A stretch of DNA of 64,000 nucleotides from positions 26,576 to 90,575 of IMG/VR virus record IMGVR_UViG_3300025751_002818; one strand, written 5' to 3'. Below the pieces are notes generated by a model, which saw only the letters and a list, made by a program, of their open reading frames with translations, ran no database searches and was not told the origin of the DNA. A program made the position numbers and the translations under genes. Each line of letters begins with the position of its first letter. Position 1 is the stretch's first letter. Source of the DNA: a virus (Duplodnaviria > Caudoviricetes). Below are positions 57,383 to 64,000 of the stretch, piece by piece.

Positions 57383-58653
57383 TACAATTTCTCTCCTAAC
57401 TCAAAACCTCTAAAGGTCTTAAACCTTGGGAACCTTAGGCTCCATACATCATCAGCGTCTTGACTTTGTGTTGCCGCATCTGCTCTAATCTCAACTAACT
57501 GACCAATAACAGCATCTTGGTTTGCCCAAATTTGCTCTCTGTTTTCATCTGTTAGTCCACTACCAACATTAAGGTGGAAGAACTTACCGTCATCCTCACC
57601 TTCTACAACAAGGGCACCAAGTAAGCCTTCGTTCTTGCCTGTGCCTTCTTCTAGTGCAACAACACTTAAGGTTACTTCAATGAAAGGTTTGATCTTTAAC
57701 CAAGCATGACTACGTTTACACTTATAGCCTTCGTGTATAGGTTTAATCATTAAACCCTCATAGCCTTCTTCAAGTGCCTGTTTGTTCATTGCTTTGAAAC
57801 TTGCTTGGCCTTGTTCACTGTCTAAATCTAAATTGATTGCTTGAACAAGTGTAATTCTGTTATTAAAATTAGACTGTTGACTAATCAAACGCTCACGTCT
57901 TTCAAATGCTGTCATTGGTGTGTAACCAGCATTAAACTCTGCTAGTGTTAGCATGTCAAATACAGCAAGGTAACTATCCTCAGTTTGAGCACCTTCTTTT
58001 CTGTGTACTTGCTTCATAAGTGTTTGGAAGTCTTCTGACATCACCTCGCCATCAAATACAAGTCCTTCAAACTCTGGTTTACTTAATGCTTCGTTAATGT
58101 GTGGAAAGTTTTCTAACAGTTTGCCATTACGTGAATACAATGTAGCATCACCGTTTCTCACAATAGCAATAACTCTTACGCCATCATACTTGTATTCGAT
58201 AAAGCATTCGCCTGTGATCTTCTTAGGATGTTTAGCACCATCATGTGCTAACATACAACCGAACAGTGGTATAATATCTTTTTGTACTTTGTTAAACAGT
58301 TTAGCACCAGTGCCACAACGAAGGTCTTTGATTAAGATACGTCTGTACCAATCGTTCCATTGTTCGTTAGTTGCTTTATCGCAAAGTGCCTGGATGGCAT
58401 CACGAGCCGCATGTCCTGTTAATAGTCTAAACTCTAAGTCTGTAGTAAGGTCATTGAATTCATCAAAAGTAATGCCTTCACCATCTTGCTCACTAAACGG
58501 TACTTGTTTAACACCAAAAGTAATTAATGGGTCAAGACACTTTGTAGCACCATCAATGAACTCTTTGTTATCAATGTTTTGTGCTAGTACGTCTTGCTTG
58601 AATAAAGAACTATTGTTGCTCTCTAACTCTTGTATAACATTCCATGGTTTCAT
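57382..58653 (-). CDS. lig: ATP-dependent DNA ligase
   Basis: EYKYDGVR (KxDG), LYSRNGK, VFDGEV, FDML, EGLMIK, Y.CKRS..WLKIKP, C-terminal OB fold (VGSGLTD, SLRFPRF). Confidence 0.95.
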   Translation of the reverse strand: MKPWNVIQELESNNSSLFKQDVLAQNIDNKEFIDGATKCLDPLITFGVKQVPFSEQDGEGITFDEFNDLTTDLEFRLLTGHAARDAIQALCDKATNEQWNDWYRRILIKDLRCGTGAKLFNKVQKDIIPLFGCMLAHDGAKHPKKITGECFIEYKYDGVRVIAIVRNGDATLYSRNGKLLENFPHINEALSKPEFEGLVFDGEVMSEDFQTLMKQVHRKEGAQTEDSYLAVFDMLTLAEFNAGYTPMTAFERRERLISQQSNFNNRITLVQAINLDLDSEQGQASFKAMNKQALEEGYEGLMIKPIHEGYKCKRSHAWLKIKPFIEVTLSVVALEEGTGKNEGLLGALVVEGEDDGKFFHLNVGSGLTDENREQIWANQDAVIGQLVEIRADAATQSQDADDVWSLRFPRFKTFRGFELGEKL

Positions 58654-58683
58654 AAAAACTCCTACCTTTTTAATTATATAACT

Positions 58684-58712
58684 ATTATACTAAAAAAGGT
58701 ACTAATGGTCAA
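58684..58712 (-). promoter_or_regulatory. sigma70-type early promoter cassette upstream of the ligase
   Basis: TTGACC-17 nt-TATAAT, then a leader AATTAAAAAGGTAGGAG shared with the 59.6 kb promoter. Confidence 0.85.
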
Positions 58713-58713
58713 C

Positions 58714-59076
58714 CTATTTTGCCACATTTTCTGGTGTTGTTTTGGCCTTGTAGTTAGCCATTGCTTCACTGATCATTTTACGAAAATCACCCATCAATGC
58801 CCATGCTCTGTAATCGCCTGTTGCTTGAATGTCGAATCCATAACCTGACTTGGTTGGCTTACCATGTCTGAACTCTTCAGTAACATTTCCGAACACTACC
58901 TTAAAGTACTTCTGCTCGTAGAAGTCTCCTCTACTATCACCTCTGATCCAAAAAGCATCAGTGTTATTAGCAACCGGAATTAACTTAGCACCTGTACAAT
59001 GTACAAGGAACTTCTTGAGTTGCTCTGTGCTTTGATAGTCACTTGAAAGGACAGTTGTATTTCTTTGTTTAATCAT
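58714..59076 (-). CDS. Hypothetical protein
   Basis: 120-aa ORF, TAATG-coupled. Confidence 0.65.
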   Translation of the reverse strand: MIKQRNTTVLSSDYQSTEQLKKFLVHCTGAKLIPVANNTDAFWIRGDSRGDFYEQKYFKVVFGNVTEEFRHGKPTKSGYGFDIQATGDYRAWALMGDFRKMISEAMANYKAKTTPENVAK

Positions 59077-59591
59077 TACGCCACCTCCTGAACTTGTTTT
59101 AACAGTTGCGGATCTTTCTGATCAAACCAGCCATTAGCAGTTTTAAACTGACATGCATAGTCAGTCCTAGTGTTACCAAAACCAGGTGTCCATTGCTCAG
59201 CCTTACCAATAATGCTTGGAGCAAAATGAGTATATTCAGGACTGGGAGTGTGATGGGTACGACATTTCCACCCGTCCTTATAAAAGAACTCTACGGGTGT
59301 TTCCCAAGGCTCACAAATTGGACCCTTGCCGTCGCCATTTTTACCAAGTTCACGGATCTCCCAATCCAGGATATATTCTTCAAAAGCCTCGTTTTTGCTT
59401 TCAATAAGTTTGGTTAAAGTTGGAATACCTTTATGAGCAATCTTGTTGATTTGCCCAGGAGTAAGATCAGTTACGAAATAAGTGCAACCACCTTTGTACT
59501 TCCAGTGTGCTTCGCTTACGCCATGCTCATAACCACTGTCATGTGCGGCATAGTTTTCTCTGTACTGGGTTTGTATTACTAATGTTTGCAT
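59076..59591 (-). CDS. Hypothetical protein (early)
   Basis: TQYRENYAAH...HWKYKGG; own promoter and AGGAG RBS. Confidence 0.7.
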   Translation of the reverse strand: MQTLVIQTQYRENYAAHDSGYEHGVSEAHWKYKGGCTYFVTDLTPGQINKIAHKGIPTLTKLIESKNEAFEEYILDWEIRELGKNGDGKGPICEPWETPVEFFYKDGWKCRTHHTPSPEYTHFAPSIIGKAEQWTPGFGNTRTDYACQFKTANGWFDQKDPQLLKQVQEVA

Positions 59592-59626
59592 AATTAAACT
59601 CTCCTACCTTTTTAATTTATACAACT

Positions 59627-59655
59627 ATTATACTAAAATACTGGGTCAAGGTCAA
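59627..59655 (-). promoter_or_regulatory. sigma70-type early promoter cassette
   Basis: TTGACC-17 nt-TATAAT; shares TTTTAGTATAATAGTT and AATTAAAAAGGTAGGAG with the 58.7 kb promoter. Confidence 0.85.
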
Positions 59656-59661
59656 CCTTTT

Positions 59662-59895
59662 TTACCGGTTTTTCTGGATTAATTTGTCTTTTATTACACC
59701 ATCTATGTCAGTGTATTGCGTTTTGAAGTACTTTTTAGCAGGATATGTAGGTGGCATCCAGTCTATAGTAATGCTTCTTTTATATAAAAACTTTAACCAT
59801 ATTGTTTTACCATTAGATAATTTGCGTGGTTTCCATGCAAATACTTTATGCCATTGTGAATATCTAGGTTCGGTTGGATCGTAGGCTTGTGGCAC
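59662..59895 (-). CDS. Small hypothetical protein
   Basis: W.KVFAWKP.....K.IWLK..YKR pattern; 77 aa. Confidence 0.55.
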   Translation of the reverse strand: MPQAYDPTEPRYSQWHKVFAWKPRKLSNGKTIWLKFLYKRSITIDWMPPTYPAKKYFKTQYTDIDGVIKDKLIQKNR

Positions 59896-60797
59896 TAGTC
59901 GCCTCTTAGAGTAACATCGCCTATTTTAAGACCAATAGTATTTTGTAAAAATACACCTCTATTTTTGCCTTCTGGCATAAATCTATAACTTAATGCATCA
60001 GCAAGTAGTATTTTTCTATTGCCATAAAACTGTTTGAGTGGCCAGTTCTGCATTATATCTATATAGGCATCAGAACTAGGTTTTGGTAAATGACCAACAT
60101 TACGACTTGGGGAATCATCTTCAGCCATCCAATCTCTATTATAACCAAATGTTTCAAAATCCCAATCATAAAAGTTATACACCATATCTAATACTTCTTG
60201 TGTATTATCTTGTTGCTCATAAATTAGTCGCCAATCCATTTCGCTTTGATTAAGTTTTCTAGTCCAAGGTGTAGTATTTTGCATAGCAACATGTTTTACA
60301 TAACCATACTCTTCATGAAACTTCTTTCTAGTAAAATTATAAATGTCTTCGTAACGTTCATAACATCCTATGTAGTCTACTCTTAAATTTGCATTTTCGT
60401 CTACTAGGTAAAGTATCTGAGGTGTTTTGTGCATACCCCATAAACTTGTTACAGTTACAGGATCGAGGTATGTTAATAAGTTAGATGCATCTTTTGGTGT
60501 ACCTTCAAATCTCCATTTGCACCAGTATTCAAAACTCATATCAGAGGCCGCTAATACTCCTGCTCTGCCCCATCTCCATAAACTAACTTCTCTACTATAA
60601 GGATTTCTTACAATAGAAAATTTTGTATTTGCATCTACATTATCTAAAAAGTAACATGCAGTTTGTACAGGACTATGATTATCAAATAATTCTATGTCTG
60701 TGTTAGTTCCATAGTTTTCTAAAAACCTTTTATAAGAGGTTCCGCCTGTCCTAGGTATGTGTACAAAAAGTAAATCTTGTTCTGGTAGGTAAAACAT
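59895..60797 (-). CDS. Sulfotransferase family 2-like (PAPS-dependent) protein
   Basis: FVHIPRTGGTS (5'-PSB), FSIVRNPYSREVSLW (3'-PB), VDYIGCYE, YDWDFETFGY. Confidence 0.8.
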   Translation of the reverse strand: MFYLPEQDLLFVHIPRTGGTSYKRFLENYGTNTDIELFDNHSPVQTACYFLDNVDANTKFSIVRNPYSREVSLWRWGRAGVLAASDMSFEYWCKWRFEGTPKDASNLLTYLDPVTVTSLWGMHKTPQILYLVDENANLRVDYIGCYERYEDIYNFTRKKFHEEYGYVKHVAMQNTTPWTRKLNQSEMDWRLIYEQQDNTQEVLDMVYNFYDWDFETFGYNRDWMAEDDSPSRNVGHLPKPSSDAYIDIMQNWPLKQFYGNRKILLADALSYRFMPEGKNRGVFLQNTIGLKIGDVTLRGD

Positions 60798-61114
60798 TAA
60801 TCTTCAAATCTATCTAATAATTTTTTTGTTTCACCTGTAACAAATTTTTCTACTTTTTTAATGTTAAGAAAAACTTCTACAGATGTTGTTTCTTGGTTCC
60901 ATATTTTTGAGAGAGGTGATGCTACACTCGGATTTAATGGTATTGGTCCATTTATCTGTTGTCCTGTTTGCTCACTTATGTTACCATTCTTATCAGTCAA
61001 AACAATCTTGTCGACAAAAACACTAGGTATCTCTGTCGTAAAGATATCTTTCAACAATTTGTCGAAGTTGCTAAGTTGGGAATTGTGAGTAAGGATTAAT
61101 TTCCTTTTGCTCAT
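60797..61114 (-). CDS. Hypothetical protein
   Basis: 105-aa ORF in an operon; GGGAG RBS. Confidence 0.6.
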   Translation of the reverse strand: MSKRKLILTHNSQLSNFDKLLKDIFTTEIPSVFVDKIVLTDKNGNISEQTGQQINGPIPLNPSVASPLSKIWNQETTSVEVFLNIKKVEKFVTGETKKLLDRFED

Positions 61115-61123
61115 TGCTCCCTT

Positions 61124-61756
61124 CTATATTGCTGACTTTTTTGGTCTGCCTGGTTTTGGCTTTGGCCTTAATTCAGGTGCTCTTGCGTATGCTTCTTCTC
61201 TTTTACTATTAGCATCTGCAATCATTTGCTGTTGAACTCTTTCAACATCCTGCTCAATCATATTAGCCTGTTCCAATAAACCCTTTGCAATACCTAATTG
61301 TTCTTCTGCTTCTCTTTCTGATAATTGTCTAGGTCTTTCAACTTGATTAATAGCATCAATCTCAGATGTATCGGCAAGATTAGGTTTATCTGCTTCTTTA
61401 CCTGCTTCGATTGTTGCAATTGAATCATTAAGATCAGTTAATGGTACTTCGTCTTTTGGAGTAGGTAACATTATAACTTCGCTTACAGGTGCTTTGGTAA
61501 TCATACCATCTGCGTGTAAGGCCTGTAACATTACTCTACCATCGCTAAAGTTTCTGCCGTTTAGGACCTGTGCTAAATCGCTATTTGTCTGTGCTTCATC
61601 GCTATCTACAACTGAAATTAATTCATCATGTTGAGTAGCACTAAGTTCGCCTGACATAATTAATAGAGCATTTTCTGGTTCACCCGGAACTTCTCTAAAT
61701 AGCACTAGACACTTTCTTTCGTTCCATTTAGCAACGTGTTTTGTTATACTTGGCAT
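61124..61756 (-). CDS. Conserved jumbo-phage hypothetical protein
   Basis: Start reassigned to ATG 61756 (AAGGAG RBS); KHV......LFREVPGE...HD.L...FSDG..ML.ALH; basic C-terminus. Confidence 0.65.
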   Translation of the reverse strand: MPSITKHVAKWNERKCLVLFREVPGEPENALLIMSGELSATQHDELISVVDSDEAQTNSDLAQVLNGRNFSDGRVMLQALHADGMITKAPVSEVIMLPTPKDEVPLTDLNDSIATIEAGKEADKPNLADTSEIDAINQVERPRQLSEREAEEQLGIAKGLLEQANMIEQDVERVQQQMIADANSKREEAYARAPELRPKPKPGRPKKSAI

Positions 61757-61757
61757 A

Positions 61758-62060
61758 TTATTCTCCTTCGGCAGGAGCCTCTGCCTCTGCTTCTGTTGTT
61801 GCATTGTTGGCCGCTTCAGCCTCTGCTTGTTGACTCTGTGCAACTATGTTTAAAAAGTTGTTTAATCTATCAAAGACAGCACCTACTTGCGATGCTTCTG
61901 CACCTCTGAATGCTCCTCTGCTTACTGCTAAATCAACGATTTGTAATAATGCATTGAGTTCCTCTAGGCTTAGTGAAGCCTGTTGTTGCTCAGGTGCATC
62001 CCCTTCTACTGATTGCTCAACTTCATCGTTTACAATCTCTGTGTTTTCTGTATCTGCCAT
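61758..62060 (-). CDS. Small acidic conserved hypothetical protein
   Basis: Start reassigned to ATG 62060 (GGAGG RBS); IVDLAVSRGAFRGAE...VG..FDRL..FL; ATAAATA at 62090-62096. Confidence 0.7.
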   Translation of the reverse strand: MADTENTEIVNDEVEQSVEGDAPEQQQASLSLEELNALLQIVDLAVSRGAFRGAEASQVGAVFDRLNNFLNIVAQSQQAEAEAANNATTEAEAEAPAEGE

Positions 62061-62108
62061 TTTTTCCTCCAATGGTAATTTACAAGTATTATTTATTAAC
62101 TGATGTTT

Positions 62109-62879
62109 TTATGTGAACGATAAAAAGGTCTCAATTCCTAGTTGATTGTAGTTATTAAAGGTCATTTTGGCACCACTTAGTGTGCCACCTTTACCACTGC
62201 CAGTATCTAAGAATATTACTCTTTCTTCTTTCTTGGTGTAATATACTAAAGGCATTTTTAAGTTGTCTTCGAAATCAGGTTCACTTTTTAACGGTGATCT
62301 GTCGTGTCCAACAAATACAATTTGCCCTTTGGGTATTGCTTCTGCCCAATCATATACTCTATGAGCATACATTTGACCCTTCCACTCGACTTGTTTTGAG
62401 TTATCTACTTGCCCGTATAAGAATACACTTTCCATAGACTTCTTAGTTATTTTTTTGGTTTCCCAAAACTCAGGATGTACCCCACCATGTGTAAAGAAAA
62501 AGTTTTTGTAACTAGCATAAAATGGTTGTTGTGAACCAACGTACAATACAAGATCTCTAAATAAGTCTATACCAAAGTCAACTCTTGCTAGAGTATCTCT
62601 TTGAGGTTTACCTAACTTAACATCATTGCCTTTTGCCCAACGAAAAAGTTTGTTATCGTGGTTACCTTGTAAAATAGTACCGTGCCCAGCATCAATTATT
62701 TCTTTTGCTAACAGCATGGTTTCTAAAGGCTTTGGACCGTAATCTAATATATCACCTAATTGCAGGTAATATAAATTGTGTTTACGAGCATATGAATATG
62801 AAGTAGCAAAGTCAGAGAATACTGAGTGAACATCGCCCACTACAAGTATACCTTTATAACTTTCTAAATTAAGTTCCAT
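62109..62879 (-). CDS. Calcineurin-like metallophosphoesterase (PrpE/Pnkp-phosphatase-like)
   Basis: VGDVH, LGDILDYGP, GNHD, THGG, VGHD, LDTG.GKGG.LS. Confidence 0.9.
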   Translation of the reverse strand: MELNLESYKGILVVGDVHSVFSDFATSYSYARKHNLYYLQLGDILDYGPKPLETMLLAKEIIDAGHGTILQGNHDNKLFRWAKGNDVKLGKPQRDTLARVDFGIDLFRDLVLYVGSQQPFYASYKNFFFTHGGVHPEFWETKKITKKSMESVFLYGQVDNSKQVEWKGQMYAHRVYDWAEAIPKGQIVFVGHDRSPLKSEPDFEDNLKMPLVYYTKKEERVIFLDTGSGKGGTLSGAKMTFNNYNQLGIETFLSFT

Positions 62880-62909
62880 AACTCCTACTCAACTACTTAA
62901 TACACATAT

Positions 62910-62938
62910 ATTATACTAAAAATAAGGGTGCAAGTCAA
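62910..62938 (-). promoter_or_regulatory. sigma70-type early promoter
   Basis: TTGACT-17 nt-TATAAT with TTTTTAG before the -10; AGGAG RBS downstream. Confidence 0.85.
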
Positions 62939-62941
62939 TGA

Positions 62942-64000
62942 CTATTTCCAGTAACTTTCTAACTTGCCTTCTCTAACTAAGTCTTGGCTCACACAATGTG
63001 GACCACCTGCTAGTGTTCTCATATGACGCATTTGGACAGGTACAGGTGTTATTCCATTCTGTTCCATTGCTTTCATTAAATGTATTTCGTCATCTGGTAC
63101 AAGTACATGCTGTGGATCCACACTTAGTACATTCATGCCTATCCAACTACTTGCTGGAGCATAATCTTCTAAACACGGTTGGCCAACACACATTTCTTCT
63201 GTGTACCAAATCTTGTCCCAATTTTTATATATCTCAGGAACCTTATCCTTATCAACCCTACTAGCATTTAATATAACTAGTCCAGGCCTCAACGGCATAA
63301 TAGTGCTGTCTACATGAGCCCAACTATATAAGTCATGCATGGTATGTATTCTAAAGTCGGGGCCTAGGGCGTTCTGTAACCACTTAGCACCCATCTCGTT
63401 ACCCGTATTGGATATCAAGTATAGTATATCGTAACCCATGCGTATGAGGTTAGCAGGGTCTAGTATAGGTTCGTTGTTATTTACACTTGGGTCTCTGCCT
63501 GGCTGTATTTTAAATAAACTGTCATCTAAACGTGGCTTAGGCATTTGTAACCAATTAGCACCACCCATCATCTTCTCTTGGAATAGGTCTCTGAATAGAA
63601 AGGTTTCGTGATACCTTGCTCTCAAACTCATAGCACCTTCTATGATTTTGTCACCTATCACAGTAACACTATCACGTGGACAGTATGCTTCGTATTGGTC
63701 TGTGTCCCATAAGCCGTTGCTAACGTTCGCTGTAAAGTCTACAGCATTTAGGTTAGGCCTATGTACCTTTACACCGAAATCGTTGCTTAGAACGTTACAC
63801 AATGCGTCTAAATCCTCTTCTGCTTCATGATATACATGCTCTGGGTATCTACCCTTAGGCATTTGTGCATACTGTTCAGCACTTAGATTAGCATAGTTGG
63901 TTGCATGGTGCGAAAGGTCGCCGTTTGGAATATTGGCGTCTACGGCCGTTCCTATTATTACTTCTTTGAGGGGATCCCATTCATTACAGGACCATAGAAT
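62942..64000 (-). CDS. Amidinotransferase (glycine/inosamine-phosphate amidinotransferase family), 5'-truncated
   Basis: Frame stays open to the window edge and adds SCNEWDPLKEVIIG; YCPRD, DPANL, SNTGN.MG..WL, HVDST, GGPHCVS (catalytic Cys). Confidence 0.9.
   Translation of the reverse strand: MLWSCNEWDPLKEVIIGTAVDANIPNGDLSHHATNYANLSAEQYAQMPKGRYPEHVYHEAEEDLDALCNVLSNDFGVKVHRPNLNAVDFTANVSNGLWDTDQYEAYCPRDSVTVIGDKIIEGAMSLRARYHETFLFRDLFQEKMMGGANWLQMPKPRLDDSLFKIQPGRDPSVNNNEPILDPANLIRMGYDILYLISNTGNEMGAKWLQNALGPDFRIHTMHDLYSWAHVDSTIMPLRPGLVILNASRVDKDKVPEIYKNWDKIWYTEEMCVGQPCLEDYAPASSWIGMNVLSVDPQHVLVPDDEIHLMKAMEQNGITPVPVQMRHMRTLAGGPHCVSQDLVREGKLESYWK

Noticed and set aside
1-64000. Stop-codon reassignment as in some jumbo phages
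   Set aside because: ORFs are long and tile the window in the standard code, and TAA, TAG and TGA all end genes with coupled downstream starts.
43611-64000. Saxitoxin-like cluster (amidino-, carbamoyl- and sulfotransferase, SDR, dioxygenases, GDSL)
   Set aside because: Only enzyme-class overlap; no SxtA-like PKS/ACP/AONS, and the genes are dispersed among glycosyltransferases and phage core genes.
1-64000. tRNA, rRNA, CRISPR array or rho-independent terminators
   Set aside because: Intergenic gaps are mostly under 80 nt; no tRNA T-loop/cloverleaf, no spaced repeats and no convincing GC stem plus U tract seen by eye.

Overview
A 64 kb AT-rich segment of a large tailed (jumbo myovirus-like) phage genome, standard genetic code, dense coding, one strand switch at 39,202/39,203. 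Bases 1-28.6 kb (+) are virion structural genes: a 5'-truncated giant protein of at least 6,615 aa, a conserved baseplate/tail protein, two tail-fibre genes ending in an ADLAE autocleaving-chaperone-type domain, and small tail proteins. The family resemblance is to GAP32/RaK2-like jumbo phages, from recalled motifs only, not a search. From 24.7 to 55.8 kb there is an unusually dense block of modification enzymes: five 2OG-Fe(II) oxygenase domains, about eight glycosyltransferase-like proteins in three paralogous groups, five N-terminal-twitch radical SAM paralogues, an SGNH protein, a degenerate SDR, a methyltransferase, a NodU/TobZ-type carbamoyltransferase, a PLP enzyme and an atypical UDP-glucose dehydrogenase. 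A sulfotransferase and an amidinotransferase follow further on. The standout gene (25,271-27,208) fuses a COLGALT-like GT25 domain, a PLOD-like glycosyltransferase domain and a lysyl-hydroxylase domain in one polypeptide, directly behind a prolyl-4-hydroxylase-like gene and the tail fibres. The right end has early-type genes (DNA ligase, YubB/DUF1281 protein, phosphoesterase) behind near-consensus sigma70 promoters. T4-like late motifs (ATAAATA) sit in most intergenic gaps, four of them exactly 5 nt before an ATG. No tRNA, rRNA, CRISPR array, integrase or transposase was seen. All functional calls are from motif recognition by eye.
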